Origin: Pirellulaceae bacterium
Lineage (GTDB): Bacteria; Planctomycetota; Planctomycetia; Pirellulales; Pirellulaceae
NCBI GenBank assembly: GCA_963805875.1
Contig: CAWDWE010000002.1
Location: forward strand, 136,039 to 168,038
Direction of reading: 5' to 3'
DNA: 32,000 bases
Below are positions 1 to 10,323 of this stretch, in pieces. The position numbers were made by a program, and so were the translations under genes. A model generated the notes under the pieces. That model saw only the letters and a list, made by a program, of their open reading frames with translations. It ran no database searches and had not been told where the DNA came from. The stretch's first letter is position 1, and each line of letters opens with the position of its first letter.

Positions 1-136
1 CGCAGCGAGAAGCCCGGTGAACCGGGCTGAAATGTTTCGCGTTGCTCTATTACCCGGCATAAATGCCGGGCCTAATACCGCTGCGCGGAAACGCCTGGTG
101 AACCGGGCCACTACGACTCGTATCGTACGGCGAGGG

Positions 137-460
137 CTACTGCCCGCGCAAGACCTGGTCGATGCGATTTTTCTCCACGGAGTTATCCGTGCTACCCGCG
201 ACGATTCCCTCCCGGCGGCGTTTCTCTTCGGCCAGTTCCTGATAGTAAGCGCGGATCGCTTCGATCTTCTCGCGCCGCTCGCGGATTTGGCGAATTTTTC
301 GCTGGCCGCGCGGGCTGTCGACCTCAAGATGGTACGCCTTGAGCGTGTGCAGCTCCTGGGCGTCGGGCACGAGCGGCTCGTCGTCGACGGCCGTTTTTTC
401 TTCGTTACATCCGCAGAGGCTGACCAGGGCCAGCAGCAGGCAGAGGGTGAATCGACGCAT
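137..460 (-). CDS. small putative lipoprotein (107 aa)
   Basis: N-terminal signal peptide MRRFTLCLLLALVSLCGC with a lipobox-like L-C-G-C. The C-terminal half is charged and helix-prone (EKIEAIRAYYQELAEEKRRRE). No family recognised. Confidence 0.5.
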   Translation of the reverse strand: MRRFTLCLLLALVSLCGCNEEKTAVDDEPLVPDAQELHTLKAYHLEVDSPRGQRKIRQIRERREKIEAIRAYYQELAEEKRRREGIVAGSTDNSVEKNRIDQVLRGQ

Positions 461-481
461 GGGGAAACCTCGTTTTGCGTG

Positions 482-576
482 GTACGACGGCTTAGGGCCG
501 TGGGATAGGCTTCCAGCCTGTCATTTTCCGCGCGACAGGCTGGAAGCCTATCCCACTTACGTCCTGGCCGTCGTAC
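482..576. repeat. GC-rich imperfect palindrome between two minus-strand genes (possible terminator / REP-like element)
   Basis: Perfect 21-bp arms gggataggcttccagcctgtc (502-522) and gacaggctggaagcctatccc (534-554) with an 11-nt loop. Outer arms are gtacgacggc (482-491) and gccgtcgtac (567-576). It lies immediately downstream of the stop of the 581-1822 gene. Confidence 0.8.
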
Positions 577-580
577 AACG

Positions 581-1822
581 CTATTTGGTAAAATCGACCT
601 GATACGGGTATTTCCCGCGCCAGAGGGCCAAGGCCCGGCCGGCGTGGGAGAGGAATGAATTATTCTTCGCGACTTGCTGTTCGTCGAGTTCGTCGATCGT
701 GCGGACCAGCCACTGCGCCGCCCGCACGAGCACTTCGCGATCGGGCGGAAGAATCTCCTGCTTGTCCCGGGCAGGGACCAGCGCCCACCATTCCAGGGCG
801 TGCCCGGTGGCGATAATGCGATCGCCGAGTCGGTCGCCGACGGTTTCCGTCGGCTCACGGCTGGCGGGGGTGGCGGTCGGCCAGTCTTCGTTCCAGAAGC
901 CGTCGGCGTGTTGGTGATCGACCAGTTTTTTGGTCTGTTCTTGCAAATACTGAACGATGTCGGCCCGCTTCTTTTGGCTAAGCATCGGCTGGGGGCCGTC
1001 CCACCCGTCGTCGGCCCGCAGCAGCACCACCAAGGCGTGCAGGCGATGATTGCCCATGCAGACCCCTTGGGGCATCTGTTGCCGCATGATGCGGTCGGCC
1101 AGCATGTCGAACGAGACCTCTTGCCCATCGGAGGTGACCCAACGGTTGACCCCTTCGATGAACAGGGCGTAGGTGACGGTGGACCACTCGTATTCCGGCT
1201 GATTGAGGCTGAAGTCGCGGAGCGATTGCTCGACGAGGTCGCGGAAGGTGGTCTGACGAACGGGGGTGATGACAGGATAGCTCAGCGGCGTGCCGACTTC
1301 CGCCAGACAGGCCATCGTGTGGTCGTCGTGCGAAGAGCTGAGCTGCCCGTCGAATTCGCGAATTCGCAGGCCGGGTTGATCGTCGATTTCCAGCAGCAGC
1401 GGCTTCGCTTGGGCCGTCTGGGGGCCGTAGAGGGCGACAAACGCACGGTGATCCAGCAGCAACTGCCGCATCTGCTGGCCCCAGACGAACTGCGGGTCGT
1501 CGAATTCCGCCTCGGCGCCCCAGAAGCGGAGGTTGTGATCAACGTGGCCGATGACCGTATCGACGCCGAAAAAGCGGGGCCGCAGCTTGCGCAGCACGCT
1601 GGCGAGCTGCTCGTCGGTGACCATCTGCGGCTCGTCAAACAGCGGGGCGATTTCGCGCGGCGTCTCGCGCAGCGGCGGGAGCTGCGCGCGCTGGTCGAGC
1701 TGCCAGTTTCGCCAGGTGATGCCGGCGGCGGCCACGCCGACTAAGCACAACTGCGCGATGACAAACGGCGCGATGCGGCGCGAAGTCGTGGGCGATTTGT
1801 CAGGCTTTGCTGAAGAAGTCAT
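581..1822 (-). CDS. conserved hypothetical protein with one N-terminal membrane anchor (413 aa)
   Basis: Long ORF with non-repetitive, protein-like composition. It has an N-terminal hydrophobic helix (IAPFVIAQLCLVGVAAAGITW) followed by a soluble domain. The overlapping plus-strand ORF 674-1744 is Arg/Gly/Pro-rich shadow sequence. Function not recognised. Confidence 0.7.
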   Translation of the reverse strand: MTSSAKPDKSPTTSRRIAPFVIAQLCLVGVAAAGITWRNWQLDQRAQLPPLRETPREIAPLFDEPQMVTDEQLASVLRKLRPRFFGVDTVIGHVDHNLRFWGAEAEFDDPQFVWGQQMRQLLLDHRAFVALYGPQTAQAKPLLLEIDDQPGLRIREFDGQLSSSHDDHTMACLAEVGTPLSYPVITPVRQTTFRDLVEQSLRDFSLNQPEYEWSTVTYALFIEGVNRWVTSDGQEVSFDMLADRIMRQQMPQGVCMGNHRLHALVVLLRADDGWDGPQPMLSQKKRADIVQYLQEQTKKLVDHQHADGFWNEDWPTATPASREPTETVGDRLGDRIIATGHALEWWALVPARDKQEILPPDREVLVRAAQWLVRTIDELDEQQVAKNNSFLSHAGRALALWRGKYPYQVDFTK

Positions 1823-1853
1823 TTAAATTCTCAAACTGAAAACTGTGACGAAA

Positions 1854-2057
1854 TGAACCACGGATTTAACGGATAGCACGGATAATTTGCTGCTATTCAC
1901 GACCCTCGCGCACTACGCCCCCTCCCGCCGCAACGGGCGGCGAGGGGAAGGTTGCTCGCGAACGTAGTGCAAAATCACGGCTCCACCGACACAAGGTCGG
2001 TGGGGGCCAACTTCACTTGGCTGAAGTGCTACCTTTTATTCAAGTAATCCGTGGTTC
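1854..2057. repeat. about 200-bp composite palindromic (MITE-like) intergenic element
   Basis: 12-bp perfect terminal inverted repeat gaaccacggatt (1854-1865) / aatccgtggttc (2046-2057). Inside are three acggat motifs, an imperfect GC hairpin and a 46-nt unit, cgtagtgcaaaatcacggctccaccgacacaaggtcggtgggggcc (1963-2008). That unit recurs at 3953-3998 and 4062-4106. Confidence 0.7.
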
Positions 2058-2083
2058 CATAAAACGATTCCTTCTCACATTAT

Positions 2084-3898
2084 CTAACCTACCGGCTCTT
2101 TTCCTGTTGTCTCGGCTGCGCTGTCGGCCCGCTGTTGGCCCGGTATTTTGACGACGCGGGTGAAGACGGCGGCCTGGTCGTCTTCGAACCGCCGGCTCCA
2201 ATTTTCGCTGCGGTTGAGCACGCCGAAGAATGTCGCTTGCTGCTTCTTGTCGACAACAATTGTGTCGACATCGTAGCGGTCGAGGACGTTGCCCCAACCG
2301 GTGCTCACGCCTAGCACGCGTTGATAGTCGCGCCATACTTGCGGCGGAACGAGGTGAATGTTGCTGGTGACGAATGGCTCATATTTCCAGGGAGGTTCGG
2401 CTTGCGCGGCTGGCTGCGCGGCGGATTGCGGCGCGGCGTTTTCGGCGGCGGCCAGTGCCTCGTCGCTTGGATGCACCTGGCGGGCCAGCCAGTCGCCCCA
2501 CCACTGCGGCCCAAAGACGATGCCGCCGGGGACTTCACCGGCCGTGTAGGCGGTATTCAAGTAGGTGACGAGCTGGATCGGGGTCTCTTGGCCGTAAAGC
2601 TGCCGGGGCGTGCGGGCCTTCTTCTTGAGCACGGGCTGGCTGACGGGCGAGAAGGCGAAGGCGATCCAAACCAGCAACAGGGCGACGAGCGTATAGCGAA
2701 ACGAATGGCCCGGCGGCAGGACGAGTTCGCCCTGGTCGACACCTTCCGCGGCGCTCTGTTCCGCTGCGGACGATGACGGCTCTTCGCGGCGGACGGGGAG
2801 CAGCCGCGAGAGGATCTCCGCTATGTGCGGGGCCAGCACCACGACGTAGACCGCCGCATACCAGCCCATCATCCGCACGCCGCCGATGGCCGCCAGCCCA
2901 AACACGGCCAGCAGCAACACCTCGACCGGGCGAATCTTCCGCCGGCTATGCCGCCAGATGACCAGCAGCAGAATGATCGAAACGGCGAACTCGCGCCCGC
3001 CAATGCCGAGCACCACGAGCGGCTGCCATTCCAGCACGGTGGCCAGATTCGAATTGCCGGCGAACCGAATCGTGTAAATCCAGAGATCCAGCCCGTAGGG
3101 ATTGAGCAGCGTGGCCACGAGGGCCAGTTCGGTGAGGAAGGTCCAGCGGCGGACCTGGGCGTCACGAATGACCTGGGCGATGCTGCGCGTCTGCCAAGCG
3201 ACTTCGACGATTCTGCCCAGCCAGAAGCAGCCCAATACGGCCAGCCCGACCACGAACGACCCGTGCAGATTGGCCCAGAGGGCGAAGAGGACGGGCACGC
3301 CGACCCAGGTGCGCCAGTTGAATGAGATCGTTGGCTGGTCGTCCGCGTCCACTCGCTGGGCGTTTCCGCGCACCAACAGCAGAAACTGCAGGGCAAAGAG
3401 CAGCGCGGCGAAATTTTCTGGCCGGATGGTGGCGAAGCGGCTCCAGCCGACGAAGATCAACAGCCCCGTCCCGGCCACGCTCAGCCAGAGGCGGCGGGTT
3501 TGCAGAAAAAAGACCCGCGTCCAGACGATGTAGGTCAGCAGATTTACCAGGGCGAACAAATTCGACAGGCTTTCCGTCCCCAGGTAGCGATCAAACGATG
3601 CGAAGATGAGCTGCGACAGCCAGGCGGAATCGATCACCCGCATCCCCTGGGCCAAGGGCATCCAGGGGTCGGCGGTGGGCAGGGCGAAGTGATCGAGCAT
3701 CCAATCGCCGTAGCCGACGTGCCCCCAGAGGTCGGTGACGCGGAGCGGGATGTAGTTGAGCACGACGAACAGCACGCCAAACAGCGCCACGGTCAAAACC
3801 TGCTCCAGGTTGAGGGCGAAGCGCGGGCTAATCTTGGGGGCGAATTTGTACGGCTCGATGCCTGTGGTGGGCTGAGGCGGTTGTTTCGTTGTTGACAT
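2084..3898 (-). CDS. polytopic integral membrane protein with a C-terminal extracytoplasmic domain; possibly a GT-C-type glycosyltransferase or polymerase
   Basis: The ORF runs 2084-3994. I place the start at ATG 3898 (MSTTKQPPQ) because the codons upstream lie inside the 3953-3998 repeat. More than 10 hydrophobic segments (for example LTVALFGVLFVVLNYIPL, VPVLFALWANLHGSFVVGLAVLGCFW) precede a roughly 200-aa soluble tail. The functional guess rests only on architecture and the nearby exosortase locus. Confidence 0.7.
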   Translation of the reverse strand: MSTTKQPPQPTTGIEPYKFAPKISPRFALNLEQVLTVALFGVLFVVLNYIPLRVTDLWGHVGYGDWMLDHFALPTADPWMPLAQGMRVIDSAWLSQLIFASFDRYLGTESLSNLFALVNLLTYIVWTRVFFLQTRRLWLSVAGTGLLIFVGWSRFATIRPENFAALLFALQFLLLVRGNAQRVDADDQPTISFNWRTWVGVPVLFALWANLHGSFVVGLAVLGCFWLGRIVEVAWQTRSIAQVIRDAQVRRWTFLTELALVATLLNPYGLDLWIYTIRFAGNSNLATVLEWQPLVVLGIGGREFAVSIILLLVIWRHSRRKIRPVEVLLLAVFGLAAIGGVRMMGWYAAVYVVVLAPHIAEILSRLLPVRREEPSSSAAEQSAAEGVDQGELVLPPGHSFRYTLVALLLVWIAFAFSPVSQPVLKKKARTPRQLYGQETPIQLVTYLNTAYTAGEVPGGIVFGPQWWGDWLARQVHPSDEALAAAENAAPQSAAQPAAQAEPPWKYEPFVTSNIHLVPPQVWRDYQRVLGVSTGWGNVLDRYDVDTIVVDKKQQATFFGVLNRSENWSRRFEDDQAAVFTRVVKIPGQQRADSAAETTGKEPVG

Positions 3899-3952
3899 AA
3901 AGCATTGCCCGGCGATGGGCGGATTTGTTTGTGTAAGACAGCAGACTGAATT

Positions 3953-4106
3953 GGCCCCCACTGAGCTTGTCTCAGTGGAGCCGTGATTTTGCACTACGAT
4001 TTTTAGTCGCTGATCACTCCGCGATCAGCTTCGTGGACCGCGGAGTGATCCACGACAAAGACGTAGTGCAGAATCATCGCTCGACCGACGCAAGGTCGGC
4101 CGGGGC
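3953..4106. repeat. composite palindromic element built from two inverted copies of the 46-nt unit
   Basis: 3953-3998 is the reverse complement of the 1963-2008 unit. The flanks are identical and the hairpin carries two compensated base-pair changes. 4062-4106 is a more diverged direct-orientation copy. Between them lies a 12-bp inverted repeat, gatcactccgcg (4012-4023) / cgcggagtgatc (4040-4051). Confidence 0.8.
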
Positions 4107-4158
4107 GTCAAATTATTTCGCTTCTTTCGCGGCTGCGTAACTTCTGAATGAACTCCGC

Positions 4159-7100
4159 TTACAACCGGGCCAGTTGCCGTTTGGCTTCCGCCTCATCCTC
4201 GGCGGGCAGGCCCAATTCGACGGCGCGGCTGAGCATATCCTTGGCCTGCGACGGTTGGCCGGCGATCAGCGACAGACCCAATTGATACAACAGCGGGGCG
4301 GAGGTGGGATGTTTGACCACCGCCTGCTTGAGAATCGTCTGGGCCTTCTGCGGTTGCCCCGCCTTTTTGTAAACGATCGCCATCGTGTCGACGAACTCGA
4401 CGGGAAGCTGATCGATTTCGGCCCGACTTCTCTTTTGCACGTCTTCGATGACCTTGACCGCTTCCTGCGGCTGGTTCATGTGCATCGCCAACAACCAGGC
4501 CAGGTTGTTGCCGGCGATGAGGTCGGCGGGCTGGTCGTCGAGCACGGCCCGGAAATGGTCGCGGGCTTTCTCGCGCAGGGCGTTGCTGCCTTCGATGCCG
4601 GCCTGTTTGAGGTAAACGCGGCCCAGGAAACTATTGGCAGCGGCCCGCTCGGCGATGCTGTCGCCGGCCGCGGCCAGCGCTCGCCCGCCCCATTGCTGGG
4701 CGTCGGCGAAATTGTTTCCCGCGGCGAAGGCCTGCGCCACGAGCAGGATTTCATACGGCTTTTTCGAGGCGCCGACTTTTTCAGCCGCCAGCGTGCGGGC
4801 TTCGTCGCCGCGATTGGCATTGAGCAACATATTCAGCTCGCCCACGACGTAACGCATGTCGTCCGGCTGGGACTGACGGGCCCGCTTCATTTGGGCGATG
4901 GCGCTGTCCACGTCGCCGAGTTCGCGGTAGAGATCGGCGATTTGCTGGTGAATGCCATAATCGTTCGGGCGGCGCCTGGCGTATACCTGCAGCACCTTGA
5001 CGGCATCTTCCAAACGCGGCGGTTCGGCCTTGCGGAAGCACTCGGCCAGGAGCAAGTAGCCGCGAGATGAATTCGGCTCCATCTGCACGGCCGCTTGGGC
5101 GTGCTTGACGCCGTCTTGTATCTTGCCGGCGCCGATGCTGGCCTGGGCCGCCATCGCTTGCAAATCGACATTCGTCGCGTCCAGCTTGAGGGCGTTCTGC
5201 AATTCCACCAGCGCGTTGGCGTAATCGTTCTTGAGGAGAAATGCCTGCGCCTTGAGGCGGGGAATGTTGGGGTCGGTGGGCGAGCGGCGTTCGGCTTCGG
5301 CCAACTCACGCATGGCGTCGTCGAAGCGATCCAGCTTAAGCAGGAAGTCGACCTTCATCACGCGCAGGGACAAATCGCCCGGCCGTTTGGTCAACATTTT
5401 GTCGGCTTCGGCGAGGGCCGCTTCCGGGCCATCGGTTTCGGCGATTTTCTGCGCAGCGCGTCGGAAACCGTCGCTTGCACTTGACCCTGATATTTCGACA
5501 CGCCGGCCAGGTCGGAGATTCCGTCCAGCACGCCGCTGTAGTCGCCCTGTGCCTGGTGGATCTTCGCGAGCATCATCTGCAGCGCTTGATTCCGCGGGTT
5601 CGAGGCGAGTGCCTTTTCGAGGTTTTCCACGCCGGCCGGCTCGTTGCGCTCGATGAAGGCGATCGAGGCCCGGAACAAATAGCCGGCCGTCTCGGTCCCT
5701 TGGTTGGCGACCAGCAGATCGCACTGCGACTTCGCCTCGTCGATTTTCCGCGCGCCCAGCAGCGCCTGGACACGGTAGACCAGCAGCGTGTTGCGGGCTT
5801 TGTCCGATAGTTCGGCAAGGCCTTCCAATCGGTTGAGCGTGTTCAGAGCCGCGGCGGGTTGCTTGTTGCGGATTTGCCAGCGGGCCAGGGCTAATTGGCG
5901 GAGTTCGTCGTCCGGCGATCCGGCCGCGTAATCCTCCACGACCTTGTTGGCTTGCGTCGTTTCCCCCTCCTCCTTGAGGATGCGGGCCTCGAGCATCGCC
6001 AGCGAGAGTTCGTCGGGATAGGTCTTCCGCGCCGCGGCCAGGTACTGCTTGGCTCGGGGGCGATCGGCTGGATCCTTGCTGTCGTCCCAGAGCCAAGTGA
6101 TAGCCAATCCATAGGCGTTAGGGGCCAGGTCGGTGTCGCGCAGCACGATCAATCGCTGTTTGGCGTTCTCCCATTGCCCCAGGGCCAATTGGGCGCGGAG
6201 CAGGTCGAACTCAATGCGATCGCCGCCGCCTAGCAACTGCTGTTTCCAAGCCTTTTCTTCGTCGCTGAGCGTGTCGTCAGCCTCTTGCAGCGACTGCAGC
6301 ATCGTGATCGCCTGATCCCACTCTTCGCGGGCCATGTGCGTGCGAGCCAGCGACATGGTCACGAGAATTTTATCGCCCATCGTCCGCCTGGCCTGCAGGA
6401 ACTGCGAGTGGGCATCGTCCAGCCGGCCTTCGTGCAGGGCGACGCTCCCCTTGAGCAGATGGCTCCAGCCCTCGAAACGATTGCTTTCGAGGAGTTTGTT
6501 CAGATGCACGTCTGCTTCAGGAAACTTGCGCTGCATGATCAACACCCGCGCGGCCAGCAAGTGCAGATCAAGATTCTGATTGCCCGCGTTGTCCCCCATC
6601 TTTTCCGCGGCGGCCAAGCCATCGTTGAGAACCTTCAACGCTTCGTCATACTGTCCGCGGCTCATCAAGGTGCGGGCCGTGTTCCAATACACCAGCAGCG
6701 GCGCCACGCTTTCGGCTTCTTCCGCGGCGTCCAGCGCCGGCGCCGAGCTTCTCTACCCGCGCCGCCAATTCGTCCCGCAACAGTTCGTGGGCCGTTTCGG
6801 TATGCAGCGGGGGGTAACGCAGATTGAACAGCGCCAACGATTGCGCCGCCGCGTTGGCCAGCAGCCGCTTGTCCATCAGGCCGCCCTCGTCCAACTTGTC
6901 GCAACAATCAACGACGACTTTCACGCGTTTGAGCGCTTCGGCCGGCTCCTCAGCCCGATCTTGATAGGCCAGCATCAACGCCAGCATTCGCTCGCGGTCG
7001 TGCGCCGTCAGCAGGCCGAGTTGCTCGGCGTCGAGTCGCTCGGCCAGATCCTTGGCGCTTTCTAAGACAGCGTCGGACTTTTCCTGATCTTCGAGTTCCC

Positions 7101-7671
7101 AATACAGCTTCGCCTCGAACCCGAGGGTTTCAAAGACGCGCGTCGATACGAGATTGGGAAATGCCTTAAATAATGCTTCGGCACTGACCTGGTCTTTGCG
7201 TTCGACAGCGTGCCAGGTTAGCGCGAAGTGGGCGTCGGCGTCTTTGGGATCGGCTTTGTAGACCTTCTCCGCGATTGTTTTCGCCTTGCCCCATTGAGCG
7301 GGATTTTGCAGATACGCCCGCATCAACCGCCGCTGCAAGTCCAGATCGCCCGGTCGCAATTCGGCCGCGCGGGCGAGTTGCTCTGTCGCTTCGGGGTTGG
7401 CGAGATAGGTCGGCGGCCGCCCCTGTTGGAGCGCATAGTTGAGGATCACTCGGGACATCAGCTCGTGCCCCCGGTCGTGATCGGGATAGCGCTTGAGCAG
7501 CTTCTGCAAGTTAATGTGGGCGGCCTCGTAATCCTCGTTCTCGAACGCTTCTTCGGCCCGCGACCAGTAATATCCCGGAAATCGTTTGGCGACGGTGAAT
7601 CCGAGCGCGACCAGCGCGCCGATCGTCAGCAAGACGAGAACGACCAGCATCGCAATGCGGCTTTTTGGCAT
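4159..7671 (-). pseudogene. giant TPR-like repeat protein of the exosortase locus (PrsT-like, about 1,170 aa), interrupted by two apparent frameshifts
   Basis: Three consecutive ORFs (6646-7671, 5391-6707, 4159-6096) join into one protein if 1-nt frame changes are allowed at two places. The first is about 6731-6750 (..LAARVEKLGAGA | LDAAEEAESVAPLLVYWNTARTL..). The second is about 5465-5495 (..AGVSKYQGQVQA | SDGFRRAAQKIAETDGPEAALAEADKML..). The out-of-frame tails are Arg/Pro/Gly junk. The protein has an N-terminal anchor (MPKSRIAMLVVLVLLTIGALVALGF) and helical TPR-like repeats throughout. GGGAGA lies 6 nt upstream of ATG 7671. Confidence 0.8.
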
Positions 7672-7726
7672 GGAATATCTCCCAAAGAACTTCTAAATAA
7701 GATTGTTGATTCGAGGTAAAACCCAA

Positions 7727-8431
7727 CTAATTCAGTGACACTGGCAGGCGTTGGCAACCACGCACGGCGTCTGGTCCCAGATAAGACTGAAACGCCGCGT
7801 CACACAGCCGCACGAAATCAATTGCCCCGCTGGCCGCGTCCGGCATCATCGTATCCGGCGCCGTCACCTGCAGGGTGACGCTCGCCTCGCGCCGGCGGAG
7901 TTTCTGGAATGTCTTCTGAAAACCGTCTAATTCGGCCGCCTGCTGCGAGGGCAGTGTGTAATGCCAATAGTAAACGAGCCTCGTGTCGTTCTCATCGCCA
8001 TAGCGCAGTTGCTGCACCGGCGACTTTTGGCCGGGAACTTCGACCAGCGCCCGGCCCCCTTCGACTTCGTGATATCCCGCGACGGGGTAGCAAACCTCCG
8101 GATGATGGCCGCGATCTTCGCCCACCTCGGAATAAACCACCCACACCTGCAAATGCTGCCCCGTCTCGACGTTCTGATAAACGCGCTGCAGGTGCTCCAG
8201 CGGATGCACATAGACCGTGTCGACCGTCTCATCGAGCTTCTCATCTTTTCCAACCTGTCGCCAACGGCCGCCGCCCAGTTCCTTGGGAAAATCCTTCAAC
8301 GCCTTGGTCAGCTTGCCGGGAGGATTGTCGCCCGAACCTTCCAGATGGGCCAACACGACCGTCTGCGTGATCAGGGCCACCACGGCCACGACGACAACCA
8401 CGATAACGCGATGGACAAGTTTGCTGGACAT
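7727..8431 (-). CDS. EpsI-family exosortase-associated protein (234 aa)
   Basis: N-terminal TM helix (VIVVVVVAVVALITQTVVLA). EpsI-like core LQVWVVYSEVGEDRGHHPEVCYPVAGY and later RLVYYWHYTL. GGAG Shine-Dalgarno upstream of the ATG. It starts 41 nt downstream of the exosortase gene on the same strand. Confidence 0.85.
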   Translation of the reverse strand: MSSKLVHRVIVVVVVAVVALITQTVVLAHLEGSGDNPPGKLTKALKDFPKELGGGRWRQVGKDEKLDETVDTVYVHPLEHLQRVYQNVETGQHLQVWVVYSEVGEDRGHHPEVCYPVAGYHEVEGGRALVEVPGQKSPVQQLRYGDENDTRLVYYWHYTLPSQQAAELDGFQKTFQKLRRREASVTLQVTAPDTMMPDAASGAIDFVRLCDAAFQSYLGPDAVRGCQRLPVSLN

Positions 8432-8472
8432 GTAGTGCTCCGCTCTTTTTTGCGTTTTAACTCAGTTCGATG

Positions 8473-9500
8473 TTACGCGGGTTGCGGCGATTCGGCCGAC
8501 GGGGGCGCTGCGGCGTTCCGCTCGCGATACCAATCGTCCATCCCTGCCATCAGCCAGGCGACCAGCACCAGCACCAACGCCGCCACGCCGATCATGATCA
8601 TGCCTTCATACTCGTGTAGTTTTCCCGTGGCCCATTGCGGCCCAGCGTGAATCATGATCAGGCCGGTGCCGAACACCCGCAGGCAATTCACAAGGATCGC
8701 CACCGGCGCGGCCACGGCCACCAACATGCCCGATAGCGCATGCTTCGCCCACTGAGATAGGCGATGGCAAACGCCAACGCCAGAATCGCCGTCAGCGATC
8801 GCAACCCGCTGCAGGCGTCTCCCACCAGCATGTCGTGGTCGCCGCGGATGTTGATGCGATAACCCGTGCGAATCGCCGGTTCGCCGATCAGGTCGAACAA
8901 AGTCACCGTGAAAATGCTCGCGAAGTGCTGCAAGGGCAGCGCCATTTTCTGATACACGAACGCCGGCAACGGCGCGGCGAAGATCAGGAAGAAAACGGGG
9001 AAGCCGTAAACCGCATTCGCCTTTTTTCCGCCCAGCGCCATGAGCACGCCCAGCAAGATAAAAATCAGGCCGACCACGTCGATGAACAACAATCGCCAGC
9101 CCAAAAACACGGACACCAGGTGCAGCAAAAAGCCGAAGGCGATTTCCAGGCAACCAATTGTCACGCAGCGCCGCGGCACATTCTCGCTGACCGGCAACAC
9201 TTCGTGCCGCGTGTAAGCCAGATAGCCCAGCGCCGCGGCAAACACGGGCACGACATAGCCGTGTGAGTAGTTGGGATCGATCTCCCAAACCTTGACCAGT
9301 TCGATCACCGTGCGGTAATAAATCAGCCCAATCGGCAGCAACACGCCCGCCAGCAGACCCACGTCCCGTTGCCAGGTGGGCCATCCCTCGGCGGCATCCG
9401 ACGCAGTCTCATCCAGCGCAACGCTATCCTTGGCCGCTTGCTCGTCGGCAGGCGGCTTCTGCTGGGTCCCATTCGGGGGTTGACGATCCGCAACGGACAT
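8473..9500 (-). pseudogene. exosortase (EpsH/Xrt family transpeptidase) with one apparent frameshift
   Basis: N-terminal part (frame of ORF 8688-9572): DPNYSHGYVVPVFAA, multiple TM helices, and the catalytic-Cys motif GDACSGLRSL (Cys codon 8811-8813). The C-terminal part continues in the frame of ORF 8473-9384 (GMLVAVAAPVAILVNCLRVFGTGLIMIHAG..HEYEG). The frame switch is near the GGG run at 8729-8731; adding one G gives ..AYLSGRSMRYRGMLVAVAAPVAILVNCLRV... The start is probably ATG 9500 (MSVADRQ), not 9572. Confidence 0.85.
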
Positions 9501-9640
9501 AGACACTGCCCCGAGTCGCAGAGGTGATAAAAGAAAAGGAAGACAGAGAAAACCTTCTCGCATTATGACCAACGCTTACGAGAAATTAAAGCTATTGGCG
9601 CAATCCCCGGTAATTTCGTCGCCGCCCACCCGGATAACCC

Positions 9641-9755
9641 GTAGGGTGCGTCAAGCAAAGCCCACCCATTGCAACGTCAGCCCTAAAATCCTGCGCGGCC
9701 CAGATGAAAGAGTTCGAATGGCCGTGAAACTGCTTTGCGCCGACGCACCACGCTG
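9641..9755. repeat. palindromic element of the 'TAGGGTG(C/G)GTC..GCAAAG' family (copy 1 of 3)
   Basis: Left arm gtagggtgcgtcaagcaaag (from 9641) and right arm ctttgcgccgacgcacc (about 9733-9750) are inverted relative to each other. Related arms occur at 11672-11778 and 14890-15030. Confidence 0.65.
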
Positions 9756-10307
9756 GCGAAGGTGCGCAAAGCACCTGGAATGACGATTCAGGGCGTCACT
9801 CAGGCCAATTTCACAAGTTTCCCTTATCGCCGGCAAGATTTCGCAAGATGGCGCTGCATGGAAAACGCGTAAGCCCTTACAAGACAACATCTTCCCGCAA
9901 GATGGCGCCTGTGCGCTACACAGTGCGACCACCGCCCGCCCCCGAAGACTCAAAAAGTGTAAATCCAGGTTTACAGATTCAGCGCAAACCTAGCGCGCTA
10001 AGGCTTACACTTTTGCGCAGGCTCGCCGGCCGTCGTAGGGTCAGTCTGGAAATTTCTTTTACTTTTCTTGACCACCACCGTACGGCGATTCACTCTAGCT
10101 GGCTTACCCAGCTTGCGGCGGGATGGATCGTACACAGCATCCATAAACCATTGCACAGAAGCAGTTTGCGCGATATCTTGGTAAAGGAACTTCGCTTAGG
10201 AAAGGCCGCCCTGTGTAGGGAAACACCACCACTTACGGTTCCCCCATCAACTTGTAAATTGATTCGCCACTTAGGGGGGGTGTCGATCTTAGAATTTTTT
10301 CGCCAAT

Positions 10308-10323
10308 TGGCATAGGGAATGCT
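10308..10323 (+). promoter_or_regulatory. candidate sigma-54 (-24/-12) promoter upstream of the PEP-CTERM gene
   Basis: TGGCAT-aggga-ATGCT has the GG and GC dinucleotides at the exact GG-N10-GC spacing of the TGGCAC-N5-TTGCA consensus. It faces the PEP-CTERM gene, about 285 nt upstream of its ATG. Two GAFTGA-type activators are encoded nearby. Confidence 0.35.

Noticed and set aside
17-508. 163-aa plus-strand ORF at the window start
   Set aside because: It starts at GTG, overlaps the better-supported minus-strand lipoprotein gene and runs through palindromic repeats. No motifs.
674-1744. 356-aa plus-strand ORF antisense to the 581-1822 gene
   Set aside because: The composition is Arg/Gly/Pro/Ala-rich and low in complexity, typical of shadow ORFs in GC-rich DNA. 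The minus-strand ORF has protein-like composition and a membrane anchor.
9848-10315. 155-aa ORF in the exosortase / PEP-CTERM intergenic region
   Set aside because: Its composition is basic and Ser/Pro/Arg-rich. It has no ribosome-binding site or recognisable domain, and it spans repeat sequence. I treat it as non-coding leader.
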